Shown: positions 9,727-20,286, counted from the stretch's first letter. The stretch: 64,000 nucleotides of DNA from Pseudomonadota bacterium (GCA_021325135.1 JAJPHT010000015.1:160001-224000); one strand, 5' to 3'. The notes: generated by a model from the letters alone, not told the origin. Translations and numbers: made by a program.

Positions 9727-11277
9727 TCAGCCCAGCTTCCCCGCGAGGAGGCCCACGGCCTGCTGGATGGCGACGTTCACGATCCACAGGGCGTAGATGG
9801 GCCCGAGGATCGCCAGCGCGACGAGGCCGCCCGCCTTGGCGAAGGAGCCCAGCGCCTTTCCCTTGCCCACGTAGCGCAGGCCGATGCCCAGCATGATGCG
9901 CACGGGGAGCGCGAAGAGGAGCGCGGCGAGGCTCCAGGGCGCCATCTCCAGGCCGAAGACGATGCCAAGCGTCTGGAGGTCGCGCGAGCCGGACTTCAGC
10001 AGCGTGAGGACGCTCGTGCCGAAGGTGTCCGCGAAGCTCGCGTCCCAGATCAGGAAGACGCCCAGGAGCACGACGAGCCAGACGCCCCATCCGATGAGGC
10101 GGAACGACCACGCGGGCTTCTCCGCCTTGGGCGGGCGCTTCACGAGGAACGCGACGATGGCCGCCAGCGCGCCCACCCACAGCACGACGCTGACGATGGG
10201 GACCACGCCCGCGATGCTGGCCGTGGGCGAGACGGCGAAGCCGGCCTTGTTGATGGCCACCGCGGGCGAGCCCTGCACGCGCATCTGGTCGCCGCTCCAC
10301 GCGATGCGCATGTCGCCGCTGCGCATCATGGAGAGAGGCCCCACGTCGAAGGGGTCCGAGCCCATGCGCGAGGCCAGCGGCGCTGCGGTGTCGTTGCCGT
10401 CGGGGTTGTTGATGACGAGGAGCGCGCCGTTGAGGAGGCCCGAGAAGGGCGCGAGGTTCTGGAGCGGGCCGCCGTCCTGGAAGGGGGAGCCCTTCTGGTT
10501 GCCCTGGTCGCCGCCGCCCATCCCCAGGGAGCTTCCCAGGTCGCTGAGCACGGAGAGCGTGTCCTGGAAGCGGTCCTCGGCCGCGCGGTGGACGCTGAGG
10601 GTGAGGTTCGCGGAGTCGCCCGCCGCGCCCGCGAGCACGGAGGCGTGCATCGTCATGGCGAAGGCGCCCTCGGTGCGGAAGAGCACGCCCGCGTTGCCCG
10701 ACTCGTCGGGGCGCGAGAGGTTGGCGTTGACCTCGCGGTGGCTCCAGCCCGCGAAGGGCTCGCCGTCCGCGCGCAGGAGGGTGACGTTGCCGTGGAGCAC
10801 GACGAGCTGCGTCTCGGCGCCGGCCCAGTCGGCGGAGGCCTCCACGTCGGGGCCCGCCAGGAGCGCGCCCGCGCCCACGGTGCCGTTGTCGCTGGGGAGC
10901 GGCGCCTGCGTGAGCGCGAGGCCGAAGCCGTAGGCCGCGCCCGCGCGCACGTTGACGGTGCGCCCATCGCCGATGCGCCAGAGCACCGCGCCCGACTCCA
11001 CGCGCAGCGTCGCGGCGTTGAGCGTCGTCTCCTTGCCCGCGGCCTCGTCGACGTGCAGCGTGGGGACGCCCTTGAGCGTCATGGGCGCCACGTCCGCGGC
11101 GAGCACGGCGTCGCGCAGGTCGCCCGCGAGGTCCAGCGCGCCGGCGCTGAGCACGACGGGCGCGTGCGTCGCGGCGTAGTCAAGCTCCACCGCGTCGTGG
11201 CGCGCGGAGAAGGCCAGCGCGCCGGGGGCGAGGAGGAGCAGGGCGAGCAGCAGGCTGGCGGCGTGCCGCGGGAGCAT
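9727..11277 (-). CDS. Hypothetical exported protein with four C-terminal TM helices
   Basis: Signal peptide, large extracellular region, hydrophobic C-terminus; coding-like codon bias. Confidence 0.75.
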   Translation of the reverse strand: MLPRHAASLLLALLLLAPGALAFSARHDAVELDYAATHAPVVLSAGALDLAGDLRDAVLAADVAPMTLKGVPTLHVDEAAGKETTLNAATLRVESGAVLWRIGDGRTVNVRAGAAYGFGLALTQAPLPSDNGTVGAGALLAGPDVEASADWAGAETQLVVLHGNVTLLRADGEPFAGWSHREVNANLSRPDESGNAGVLFRTEGAFAMTMHASVLAGAAGDSANLTLSVHRAAEDRFQDTLSVLSDLGSSLGMGGGDQGNQKGSPFQDGGPLQNLAPFSGLLNGALLVINNPDGNDTAAPLASRMGSDPFDVGPLSMMRSGDMRIAWSGDQMRVQGSPAVAINKAGFAVSPTASIAGVVPIVSVVLWVGALAAIVAFLVKRPPKAEKPAWSFRLIGWGVWLVVLLGVFLIWDASFADTFGTSVLTLLKSGSRDLQTLGIVFGLEMAPWSLAALLFALPVRIMLGIGLRYVGKGKALGSFAKAGGLVALAILGPIYALWIVNVAIQQAVGLLAGKLG

Positions 11278-11301
11278 CGAGACGGACTGGTGCCTCCCTG
11301 G

Positions 11302-11898
11302 CTAAAACCCCTGGGTTCGCGCCCGCTGGCAGCCGCGCGCGAACGCGGACTCGCGGGCCAGGTGCAGCAGGAGGGGCAACGGGGCGGGGGATCGCACGGC
11401 CTGAAGCTCCTCGATGACGCGCCGCGGCATCTGGCGCAGCCCGTGGACCGCCCACGGAGGGGGCAGGAAGCCGCGGAAGCGCTCCGCCCGCGCCGCGAGC
11501 CGGCCCCACGCCTCGCCCTCGGCGCGGGCCCACGCGACCCAGCTTCCCAGGTCCGCCGCCATGGGCGCCGCGACGGGCGCTCCCGGGAGGGCCTCGATGC
11601 GCAGCCCTCGATCGAGCGCGTCTGCAAGGAAGGGCGCTGCGTCGGCGTTGCGCGGGCCGGGCAGGGGCTCCCGCGTCGCGGCGCGGGCGGCGGGCGCGAA
11701 GAAGTTCATGGGGTGGAGGAAGCGCGCGTCCCACGCCGCGAGGTAACGCCGCGCCGCGCGCGCCAGCGCCCAGTCGCCCGCCGGGCGCAGCGGCAGGAGC
11801 GCCGCCGCCACCTCCGGGCGCGCGAGGACCGCCTCCGCCGCGGCGCGCGCGCCGGGGGCCAGCGCCTCGCCGGGAGCAAGCTGGACGTGGACCTCCAC
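11302..11898 (-). CDS. Hypothetical protein
   Basis: GTG start at 11898, divergent from the methyltransferase; fills the gap; no motif recognised. Confidence 0.45.
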   Translation of the reverse strand: MEVHVQLAPGEALAPGARAAAEAVLARPEVAAALLPLRPAGDWALARAARRYLAAWDARFLHPMNFFAPAARAATREPLPGPRNADAAPFLADALDRGLRIEALPGAPVAAPMAADLGSWVAWARAEGEAWGRLAARAERFRGFLPPPWAVHGLRQMPRRVIEELQAVRSPAPLPLLLHLARESAFARGCQRARTQGF

Positions 11899-11956
11899 GG
11901 GCGCGCGACGGCCCCCCGGGGCAAAGCCCTTTTCGTGGGCCCAGGGATGGCGCCCC

Positions 11957-12601
11957 GTGCGTCGCGGCGTCGAGCGGTATGCGCCCAGCGAAGGGTACGA
12001 CGTGGGCGCCATCGCGCGCCACAAGTATTCGGAATTGGTCGTGCGCAAGGCCGGCCTCTTCCCCGGCGACTGGTCGCTGGACGTGCAGACGGGCACGGGC
12101 ATCCTGGGCGTGCAGGTGGCGCGCGCCTTCACGCGCGTCAAGGTCGTGGCGACGGACCACAGCCGCGAGAACCTGCTCCACGCGCGCGAGAACGCCAAGG
12201 CCGAGAAGTGCGAGCACCGCATGGCGTTCGTCGAGTGCCTTCCCGACATGCTGCCGTTCAAGGACGAGCAGTTCTTCTTCACCACCATCGGGTTCCGCCT
12301 CTGCGCCGAGGAGGAGCCCCTCGCCACCCTGGACGAGATCCACCGCGTGACCGGCTTCTATGGCAAGGTGTACGCGCCCGCCCTGGACTTCAGCCGGGCG
12401 CGCGCGAAGCCCCAGGACGTGCACGACTGGGTCTTCGGCGAGGAGACGCTGCGCGAGATGCGCGACATGGGCTACGGCAAGATCCAGACCCTGGACGTGG
12501 CGACGCTGGCGGACGGCGCCCGCCTGCGCCTCGTCACCATGAAGCGCTTCGACCCCGAGGAGGGCGACGAGGCGGAGGACGGCGAGGAGGGCGAGGGATG
12601 A
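11957..12601 (+). CDS. Class I SAM-dependent methyltransferase
   Basis: LDVQTGTG motif I, VATDHS, LPFKDEQF. Confidence 0.8.
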   Translation: MRRGVERYAPSEGYDVGAIARHKYSELVVRKAGLFPGDWSLDVQTGTGILGVQVARAFTRVKVVATDHSRENLLHARENAKAEKCEHRMAFVECLPDMLPFKDEQFFFTTIGFRLCAEEEPLATLDEIHRVTGFYGKVYAPALDFSRARAKPQDVHDWVFGEETLREMRDMGYGKIQTLDVATLADGARLRLVTMKRFDPEEGDEAEDGEEGEG

Positions 12602-13002
12602 CCTGGACGTGCCCCAAGTGCGGCCGGTCGTTCTCCCGCGAAGGGCAGAGCCACTCGTGCCGCCCCGCGCTGACGCTCGGCTCGCACTTCGAGGGGCGGC
12701 CCCCCTGGATGCGCGTCGCGTTCGACCGCCTCGTGAAGGGCCTGGGCAAGGGCGTGCGCGTGGACGTCGTGGGCAACGGCGTCCACTTCGCCGCAGGCTC
12801 GACCTTCGCCGCCGCGAAGCCCATGGCCAAGGCGCTGCGCGTCGAGTTCCTCTGGGAGAAGCCCCTCGCCTCGCCCCGCGTCGTCAAGTCCGAGCGCTTC
12901 AGCGCCACGCGCTACGCGCACCACGTCGACCTCGCGTCGCCTGACGACGTGGACGACGAGCTGCGCGGCTGGCTCGCGCACGCCCACGAGCTGAGGGCGT
13001 GA
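12598..13002 (+). CDS. DUF5655-like protein with N-terminal Zn-ribbon
   Basis: MTWTCPKCGRSF..QSHSC; C-terminal DDVDDELRGWL; ATGA overlap with the upstream gene. Confidence 0.75.
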   Translation: MTWTCPKCGRSFSREGQSHSCRPALTLGSHFEGRPPWMRVAFDRLVKGLGKGVRVDVVGNGVHFAAGSTFAAAKPMAKALRVEFLWEKPLASPRVVKSERFSATRYAHHVDLASPDDVDDELRGWLAHAHELRA

Positions 13003-13138
13003 GCCTCGCGGCCACGGGGCCTTCCGCATGCATCCCCGCGCCTGGCCGTCCTCGTGGGCGCAAGGGTGCCTGGAGCCTCATGGGCCCTCCGATCCGTGGG
13101 CCAGAGCGCCTTTTCGCGAAGCGAGCCGTCGCGCGCCC

Positions 13139-13372
13139 ATGACGCCTTCGGGGCGCGGCTTCGCCGGCATGGATCCGGAACGCCAGCGCGAGATCGCCCG
13201 CCTGGGAGGCCGCGCCGCGCACGCGAGCGGGCACGCGCACGAGTTCAGCGCGGAGGAGGCTCGCCAGGCGGGGCGCAAAGGCGGGCAGCGCGTCAGCCGC
13301 GACCGCGCCCACATGGCGAAGATCGGCCGGCGCGGCGGCAAGGCGGCGCACGGGCGCGGCGGGTCGCGATGA
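13139..13372 (+). CDS. KGG-motif general stress protein
   Basis: RGFAGMDPERQREIARLGG, AHEFSAEEARQAGRKGG, HMAKIGRRGG. Confidence 0.88.
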   Translation: MTPSGRGFAGMDPERQREIARLGGRAAHASGHAHEFSAEEARQAGRKGGQRVSRDRAHMAKIGRRGGKAAHGRGGSR

Positions 13373-14643
13373 GCCTCGCGGAGCAGGTCCGGCAGGCGGC
13401 CTTGCCCCTGGAGTCGGCCGCGGACCTCGGGCCCCTTCTGCGACGCATGGGCGACGCGCGCGTCGTCATGCTGGGCGAGGCGACGCACGGCACCCGCGAG
13501 TTCTACGCCCTGCGCGCCGCGCTCACGGAGCGCCTCATCGCGGAGCACGGCTTCTCCTTCGTCGCGGTTGAAGGCGACTGGCCCGACTGCAAGCGCGTCG
13601 ACCGCCACGTCAAGGGCCAGGAGGGCGACGACGCGGCCCGCACGCTGCGCGCGTTCGCCCGGTGGCCCACGTGGATGTGGGCCAACGAGGAGGTCGCGGA
13701 GCTGGCGGCGTGGATGCGCGGATGGAACGAGGGCCACCCGCTGGAGCCGGTCGGCTTCTTCGGCCTCGACGTCTACAGCCTGTGGGACTCCATGGAGGAG
13801 GTCGTGCGCTACCTGGAGGAGCGCGACCCCGAGGCGGCGGGCGCGGCGCGCGAGGCCTACGCGTGCTTCGGGCCCTACATGCGCGACGAGCACGCCTACG
13901 CGGCATCGACGCGCTGGATCCCCGAGTCGTGCGAGTCGGAGGTCGTCGCGGTGCTCGCGCGCATCGCGGAGCGCGGCGTCGTGGACGAGCGCGACTTCGA
14001 CGCCGAGCAGAACGCCTTCGTCGCCGCGAACGCGGAGGCCTACTACCGCGCGATGGTGCGCAACGACGCCGACAGCTGGAACGTGCGCGATCGCCACATG
14101 ATGGAGACGCTCGACCGGCTCCTGCGCGCGCACGGCCCGCGCTCCAAGGCCGTCGTGTGGGCGCACAACACGCACGTGGGCGACGCGCGGGCGACGGACA
14201 TGGCCCGCGCGGGGATGGTTAACCTGGGCCAGCTCGCGCGGGAGCGCTACGGCATGGACGACACGTTCGCCGTGGGCTTCGGCACGCACCGCGGGACCGT
14301 CGTCGCGGGCCGCTCGTGGGGCGCCAGGATGGAGGAGATGCGCGTGCCGCCCGCCGTCTCGGGCTCGTGGGAGGACGTCATGCACGAGGCGACGGAGGGG
14401 CACGACGCGCTCTTCCTGCTGCGTGGCGCGCGAGAGCCGGAGTGGCGCGCCTTGCGGGGCCACCGCGCCATCGGCGTCGTCTACGACCCCGCGTGGGAGT
14501 CTCCGGGGAACTACGTCCCCACCGACCTTCCGGGGCGGTACGACGCGTTCGTCCACCTGGACGCCACGCACGCGCTGCGCCCGCTGCACGCGCCCGTGGC
14601 CGGGGGCCGGGAGCCGCCCGAGACGTTCCCCAGCGGGATGTAA
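13369..14643 (+). CDS. Erythromycin esterase family protein
   Basis: LGEATHGTREFY, AVEGDWPD, WPTWMWAN, SWNVRDRHM, VWAHNTHVGDARAT. Confidence 0.92.
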   Translation: MSLAEQVRQAALPLESAADLGPLLRRMGDARVVMLGEATHGTREFYALRAALTERLIAEHGFSFVAVEGDWPDCKRVDRHVKGQEGDDAARTLRAFARWPTWMWANEEVAELAAWMRGWNEGHPLEPVGFFGLDVYSLWDSMEEVVRYLEERDPEAAGAAREAYACFGPYMRDEHAYAASTRWIPESCESEVVAVLARIAERGVVDERDFDAEQNAFVAANAEAYYRAMVRNDADSWNVRDRHMMETLDRLLRAHGPRSKAVVWAHNTHVGDARATDMARAGMVNLGQLARERYGMDDTFAVGFGTHRGTVVAGRSWGARMEEMRVPPAVSGSWEDVMHEATEGHDALFLLRGAREPEWRALRGHRAIGVVYDPAWESPGNYVPTDLPGRYDAFVHLDATHALRPLHAPVAGGREPPETFPSGM

Positions 14644-14675
14644 GGTTCATCTCCGGGCGGCGAGGTCCGCCAAGC

Positions 14676-15794
14676 ATGGACTGGCGCGCCGAGTTCCCCG
14701 GCCTCGCGCGGACGACGTACCTCAACTCGTGCGCGCACGGCCTCCTCTCGCGCCGCGTCCGCCGCGCCGTGGACGCGCACCTCGACCGCTGGCAGGACGA
14801 CCCCGACTGGGGCGCGTGGGGCGACGCCGTGGAGGCCGCCCGCGCGCAGTTCGCGCGCCTCATCCACGCGAGCCCCAAGGACGTGGCCGTCGTGGCCAAC
14901 GCGAGCCAGGGCATCGCCGCCGTCATGGGCGCCCTCGTCCCCCGGCCGGGGCGCGACGTCCTCGTCACCTGGGAGAACGACTTCCCCACCTCGCAGGCCC
15001 TCGCCGAGCGGCAGCGCGCCCGCGGCTTCCGCCACCGGAGGATCGCGGGCGAAGGGCTCGTCCTCCGCGCGGACTCGTGGGCGCGCCGCCTGGGCGACGA
15101 CGCCGCGCTGGCCATCGTCCCCGCGGTGGCGAGCTTCAGCGGCTACCGCCTCGATCTCAAAGCGTTCGTCGCCGCGGCGCACGCGCGCGGGACGCCGGTG
15201 CTCGTCGACGCGTTCCAGGCCGCGGGGACCTATGACATCAACGTGCAGGCGCTGGACGTGGACTTCCTCGTCTCGGGCGTCTACAAGTGGCTCCTGGCCC
15301 CCGCGGGCCTCGCGTTCCTCTACGTCCACCCGGACCACGCGGCCCGCATGCAGCCCGTCGCGTCGGGCTGGCTCGCGCTGGAGGAGCCCTACGCCTTCGA
15401 TCCGCTGGGGCCCCTCGCCGCGGACGCGCGCCGTTTCCAAAGCGGCGGCGCGTCCGTCGTGGGCTGCGTCGCGGCGGCCGAGAGCCTCGCCCTCGTCCAG
15501 GAGGTCGGCGTCGGCGCCATCGAGCGGCGCAACCGCGCGCTCGTCGAGCGCGCGATGGCCCACGCCCGCGAGCGCAAGTGGGAGGTGCTCACCCCCGAGG
15601 CGCCCGAGGAGCGCGCCAGCATCGTCACGTTCCGCGTGCCCGACCCCGCGGCCGCCATGGCGACGCTCGCGCGCGAGCGCGTCGTCGTGAACCCGCGGCT
15701 GGGCGGCCTGCGCGTGAGCCCCCACTTCTACAACGACGAGGGGGACGTGGACAGGCTGTTCGAGGCGCTGGGCGAGGGCGCCTCGCCTCAGTAG
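14676..15794 (+). CDS. PLP-dependent aminotransferase class V (cysteine desulfurase/C-S lyase-like)
   Basis: YLNSCAHG, VDAFQAAG, YKWLLAP, RVSPHFYN. Confidence 0.88.
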   Translation: MDWRAEFPGLARTTYLNSCAHGLLSRRVRRAVDAHLDRWQDDPDWGAWGDAVEAARAQFARLIHASPKDVAVVANASQGIAAVMGALVPRPGRDVLVTWENDFPTSQALAERQRARGFRHRRIAGEGLVLRADSWARRLGDDAALAIVPAVASFSGYRLDLKAFVAAAHARGTPVLVDAFQAAGTYDINVQALDVDFLVSGVYKWLLAPAGLAFLYVHPDHAARMQPVASGWLALEEPYAFDPLGPLAADARRFQSGGASVVGCVAAAESLALVQEVGVGAIERRNRALVERAMAHARERKWEVLTPEAPEERASIVTFRVPDPAAAMATLARERVVVNPRLGGLRVSPHFYNDEGDVDRLFEALGEGASPQ

Positions 15795-17437
15795 CTGGAG
15801 AGCAGGTTCCCTGCGTTCACGCTGCCCAGCCCGGTCACGAGGTCGTACCCGGTCCCGGCGGCGTACCCGTTGCTGCCGCTCGTGATGTCGTGGTACACGC
15901 TCGTGCCGCAGAGCGCGTAGAGGCGGGGCCCCGGGAGGCCGAGACCGAGGCCGCCCTTCTTCTGGTTCAGCTCGGCGAAGTAGCCCGCCCACTGGGGCGC
16001 GGCGTCGCTGGTGCCGCCCACGACGTACCACGAGCCGCCGTTGCGGACGTAGTTGCCGGGGCTGGTGTCGGACTCCAGCGCCACGTCGGGCACGTCGCGC
16101 TGGCCGTCGGCGGGCACGCTGCAGCCGGTCTGCCACGAGGGCTTCGCGAAGGTGGCGCTGCGGCCGCCGCCCGAGCCGCTCCAGGCGGACTCGCTGCCGT
16201 AGCCGCCGCACGCAGGCGAGCCCGAGGTCATGCCGCTGCTGCACGACGCGTGCGTGCCGCCGACGCCCATGGCGTGGGGGGAGTTGGCGGGCGTGTCGAC
16301 GGTGACGGTGGAGTCGCCGCAGGCGTGGGAGCCGCTGTCGCCGCTGGCAATGAACCAGCTTTGGCCCTCGGCCGCGCCCGCGGCCATGAGGTTGTCCGCG
16401 GTGGTCTGGAACGCGGAGGACGTGCCCGACTCGCACGAGCCCCAGCTGCTGCTCACGGAGTGCCCGGGGTTGTCGACGACGATGCGGTTGTACATGACCT
16501 GGAAGTCGGTGAGGAGCGTCGAGGCGGCCATGTAGTTCTTGACGACGGCGGCGGGCGCGGTGCCGTGCGAGTATTGCACGTCGAGGCTCACCTCGATGGA
16601 CTGGCCCGCGTTGAACGCGCAGCCCGAGTTGACGACGCCCGCGGCGCCCGTGCAGACCTGCGCGCTGCCGGCGGGGAGCGCCGGGAGGGAGAACTGCGTG
16701 TCGAACGTCGCGAGGTCCGTGTCCAGCCACGCGTAAGCGCCCGCCAGCACGATGGTCTGGCCAGAGCCGTCGTAGCCCGCCGTGTTCGCGTAGAGCGTCT
16801 TGAGGTCGTTGGGGCTGAAGCTGCAGCAGCCGCCCACGCTGGCGCGGGGCTGCATGCGCGTGAGATCGTCGAGGCCCGTGACGCCCGTGGTGAACGACGC
16901 GACGTCGGCGGGGAAGCGCGGCTCCTCAAGGACCGCGTAGCGGCTGGCGCCGCCCAGCGTCACGAGGTGGATGGGCACCTGGAAGGCGCGCTGCGCGGCG
17001 GCGTGGTCGCCCCGCGCGATCACCAGCAGGTGGTCGGCCGTCGTCTGCACGTCGGAGAAGCCGCTCGCGCGCAGCCAGCCCGCGACGCGCGACTCCTGGT
17101 CCTGCGTGGGCGCGTACTGCGCGTTGAACGCGTCGAGGGTCAGCCACTTCTGGAAGAGGGGCGAGGCGGGGTCGGAGGCCTGCTGGAGGTACGCGTCGAG
17201 GCCCGCCTTGTCGCGAAGCTGGAGGCCGACGACGACCTGCACCGGGAAGGCGTCGGGCGCGACGCCCAGGTCCACGGCCTGCGCGGCGAGGGGCGAGAGC
17301 GAGCGCACGGGCGCCTCCACGGAGGAGAGCGACTGCGCGGCGGGCGCCGCGAAGGGGAGCACGAGCAGGACGAGGACGGCGAGGACGGAGCGGCGCAAGC
17401 GTGGGCCTCCGGCCTCGGAAGACGGGCGCGCCTGCAT
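15788..17437 (-). CDS. S53 (sedolisin/kumamolisin) peptidase with pro-domain
   Basis: EVSLDVQY, SSSWG, ASGDSG, RDVPDV, GGTSDAAP, GYDLVTGLGS. Confidence 0.92.
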   Translation of the reverse strand: MQARPSSEAGGPRLRRSVLAVLVLLVLPFAAPAAQSLSSVEAPVRSLSPLAAQAVDLGVAPDAFPVQVVVGLQLRDKAGLDAYLQQASDPASPLFQKWLTLDAFNAQYAPTQDQESRVAGWLRASGFSDVQTTADHLLVIARGDHAAAQRAFQVPIHLVTLGGASRYAVLEEPRFPADVASFTTGVTGLDDLTRMQPRASVGGCCSFSPNDLKTLYANTAGYDGSGQTIVLAGAYAWLDTDLATFDTQFSLPALPAGSAQVCTGAAGVVNSGCAFNAGQSIEVSLDVQYSHGTAPAAVVKNYMAASTLLTDFQVMYNRIVVDNPGHSVSSSWGSCESGTSSAFQTTADNLMAAGAAEGQSWFIASGDSGSHACGDSTVTVDTPANSPHAMGVGGTHASCSSGMTSGSPACGGYGSESAWSGSGGGRSATFAKPSWQTGCSVPADGQRDVPDVALESDTSPGNYVRNGGSWYVVGGTSDAAPQWAGYFAELNQKKGGLGLGLPGPRLYALCGTSVYHDITSGSNGYAAGTGYDLVTGLGSVNAGNLLSSY

Positions 17438-17491
17438 AGCTCCGCCGGAGGAGAGTTGTGAATCTCTGGGCGCAACCGGGCGGCTGCGGGC

Positions 17492-19609
17492 CTATCCCAG
17501 CGCCTTCCAGGCGCGCGTCACCCAGCGCGGCGCCCACCAGTTCCAGCGCCCCATGAGGCGCATGGTGGCGGGGACGATGAGCATGCGGACCACGGTCGCG
17601 TCCACCGCGACGGCGATGGCGAGGCCCAGGCCGATGGCCTTGATGAGCGTCACGCGCGCGAGGGCGAAGGCGGCGAAGACGAGCACCATGATGAGCGCGG
17701 CGCTGGTGATGAGCCGGCCCGTCTTGGCGAGCCCCTGCGCCACGGCCTCGGTGTTGGAGCCCGTGCGCTCGTGCTCCTCGTGCATGCGCGAGAGGAGCAG
17801 CACCTCGTAGTCCATGCTGAGGCCGAAGACGATGCAGAACATCAGCACGGGCAGCGCGGGGTCGATGGGCGCGGGCGTGAAGTCCAGCGGCAGGCTGAGG
17901 TTGCCCATCTGGAAGATCCACACCAGCGCGCCGAAGGAGGCCGCGATGGAGAGGAGGTTCATCACGAGGGCCTTCAGCGGCAGGAGGACGCTGCCCGTCT
18001 GGAGGAGGAGCAGGGCGTAGGTGGTGACGACGATGAACGCCACCGCCGCGGGCGCCTCCTGGAGGATGAGGCCGATGGTGTCGACGTCCTGCGCCGTGGC
18101 GCCGGTGACCAGCGCGCGCCCTCCCGCGGGCGGAGGCAGCGCGCGGATTGCGCGCACGAGGTCGCGCGCCGCGTCGCTGGTGGCGGCCGCGTTGGAGCGC
18201 GCCTGGAGGACGACGACGTCGCCGCCCAGGCCCGAGGGCGCGACGCTGACCACTCGCGGGAGCTTCGCGATGGACTGGCCGAACGCGGCGACGGCGGCCT
18301 GCACGTCGGCGGCGCGCGCGTCGTGGCCGGGGAACTGCATGACAATGGTGATGCTGTTCGTCCCCTGGCCGGGGAACTGCTGGCGCAGGAGGTCGGCGCC
18401 CAGGCGTGACTCGGCGTTCTCGGGGAGCGCGGTCACGCCGCCGCCCGCGAGGTGGATCTGGAGGAAGGGCGCGCCCGCCGCGAGGACGAGGAGGAGCGTG
18501 GGCAGGAGGACCAGCACGGGCCGGCGCATGACGCCGCGGGCGAGGCGCTCCCAGAAGCCCACCGAGGAGCGCCGGCGCCACGGGAGCCGCACGGGGAGGC
18601 GGTTCACGCGCGGGCCCAGGAGCGAGAGCAGCGCGGGGAGGAACGTGAGCGCGAAGAGGACCGCCAGCGCGACGACCAGAGCGCCCGCGACGCCCATGGT
18701 CTGGAAGTAGAGGCCGCGGAAGAACGTCAGGCCCAGGAGGCCGATGGCCACCGTGAGGCCCGAGAAGGTCGTCGCGCGCCCCGCGGTCGCGACCGTGACG
18801 GCCAGCGCGTCCTCCGCGCTCCTGCCGTGGGCCAGCTCCTCGCGGAAGCGGCTCACCATGAACAGGGAGTAGTCGATGGCGACGCCCAGGCCGATGAGGG
18901 AGACGATATTGATAGCGTAGACCGAGACGTCGATGACGTGCGCGAGCAGGTCCACCAGCGCCATGCCGCCCAGGACCGCCAGGAGGCCCACGCCCACGGG
19001 GAGGAGCGCGGCGACCGCCGTGCCGAAGACGAGGAGCAGGAGCAGCAGCGAGAAGGGGAGCGAGACGCCCTCGGCGGTCTTGAGGTCGTCGTTGAGGATG
19101 CGGTTGATGTCGGCGTAGATCGCCACGCGATCGGTGGCCTTGACGTCAAGCGTGGAGGAGGAGAGCTTCGCGCGCAGCGAGGGGTAGAAATCGCGCGCGG
19201 TGGTGAGGTCGGCCTTGAGCGTCGCGACGGCGAGCACGCGGTGGCCGTCGCGGGAGACCAGGGAGGGCGCGACGGTGGCGGGCGCATCGTAGGGCGTGAC
19301 GATGCCGGCCACGCGCGCGTCGGCGCGCCACGGGGCGAGGCTCGCGTTCACCGCGGCCTGGAACGCGGGGTCGTCCCAGCGCAGCTTGGCGCTGGAGAGG
19401 ATGACGGCGACGGTGGCGTCCGCGGCGCCGGGGACCTGGCGCTCCAGGAGGCGGTCCGCCTGGCCCGACTCGGTGTTGGCCGGCGTCTGGTACGCGACGA
19501 GCTGCGCGCCCTGCGAGACGACCAGGAGGGCCAGGACGAGGAAGACGCCGGAGGCCGCGAGCACGGGGACGCGGTGGCGGTGCACGAAGCGGCCCCAGCC
19601 GGCGAACAT
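17492..19609 (-). CDS. MMPL/RND family transporter
   Basis: GLGVAIDYSLFMVSRFREE, FGLSMDYEVLLLSRMHEE, TGRLITSAA, WNWWAP. Confidence 0.92.
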   Translation of the reverse strand: MFAGWGRFVHRHRVPVLAASGVFLVLALLVVSQGAQLVAYQTPANTESGQADRLLERQVPGAADATVAVILSSAKLRWDDPAFQAAVNASLAPWRADARVAGIVTPYDAPATVAPSLVSRDGHRVLAVATLKADLTTARDFYPSLRAKLSSSTLDVKATDRVAIYADINRILNDDLKTAEGVSLPFSLLLLLLVFGTAVAALLPVGVGLLAVLGGMALVDLLAHVIDVSVYAINIVSLIGLGVAIDYSLFMVSRFREELAHGRSAEDALAVTVATAGRATTFSGLTVAIGLLGLTFFRGLYFQTMGVAGALVVALAVLFALTFLPALLSLLGPRVNRLPVRLPWRRRSSVGFWERLARGVMRRPVLVLLPTLLLVLAAGAPFLQIHLAGGGVTALPENAESRLGADLLRQQFPGQGTNSITIVMQFPGHDARAADVQAAVAAFGQSIAKLPRVVSVAPSGLGGDVVVLQARSNAAATSDAARDLVRAIRALPPPAGGRALVTGATAQDVDTIGLILQEAPAAVAFIVVTTYALLLLQTGSVLLPLKALVMNLLSIAASFGALVWIFQMGNLSLPLDFTPAPIDPALPVLMFCIVFGLSMDYEVLLLSRMHEEHERTGSNTEAVAQGLAKTGRLITSAALIMVLVFAAFALARVTLIKAIGLGLAIAVAVDATVVRMLIVPATMRLMGRWNWWAPRWVTRAWKALG

Positions 19610-19671
19610 CAGCGGGGAGCCGGGCCTCCAGCATAAGGAGGCTTGCTCTTTGTCTTCGGACTCGTGCGGAC

Positions 19672-20286
19672 TCAGCGCCGGCGCGCGCCCGTGACCAGGG
19701 GCCACAGGTCGCCGCGGAAGGCGAAGCCCGCGGGCAGGCCGTCGCGGTCCTCCACGAGCACGAGGGGGTTCGCGCCCAGCTTCGCGGCGATGGCGGAGAG
19801 GTCGTCCCCGGGCCGCACGCGCACCAGGGGGTCCAGCGCCAGCGTGCCCACGGGGGCCAGGAGCGCGTTCTCCACCTCGCCCACCGCCAGCGCGTGCGCG
19901 ACCATGCTGTCCGTGACGACGCCCTCGTAGTCGTCGCCGCGGGCGTTGAGCACGGGGAGCGCGACGTGCTGGTGCGTGGCCATGATCTCGATGGCGCGCT
20001 CCAGCGGGTCCATGGGGCGAAGCTCCCGCAGCGCGACGCGGCCCGCGATGCGCTGGACGAGGAACCCGATGGGGTCCGCCGCCGTCGCGCGCAGGTTGAG
20101 GACGTGGACGTAGCGGCGGATCTTGGCGTAGGCCATCTCGCCTTTCCCCGACTCGAAGCGGGAGAGCTGCCCGGCGTCCACGCCCACCGCCCGGGCCATC
20201 TCCTTCTGGCTCATGACGGCCTGGCGCTGCCGGGCCAGCTCCTCCGGGCTGGGCAGGTCGGCGAGGGAGGTTTCCTTCCGAGGCAC
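19672..20286 (-). CDS. Xre-HTH plus tandem CBS domain transcriptional regulator (COG3620-like)
   Basis: LPSPEEL..MSQKEMARAVGVDAGQLSRFESGK, then CBS repeats; GTG start inferred. Confidence 0.8.
   Translation of the reverse strand: MPRKETSLADLPSPEELARQRQAVMSQKEMARAVGVDAGQLSRFESGKGEMAYAKIRRYVHVLNLRATAADPIGFLVQRIAGRVALRELRPMDPLERAIEIMATHQHVALPVLNARGDDYEGVVTDSMVAHALAVGEVENALLAPVGTLALDPLVRVRPGDDLSAIAAKLGANPLVLVEDRDGLPAGFAFRGDLWPLVTGARRR

Noticed and set aside
13369-14643. Macrolide resistance gene (ereA/ereB)
   Set aside because: Motifs match the broad, mostly uncharacterised erythromycin-esterase family; no basis for a resistance call
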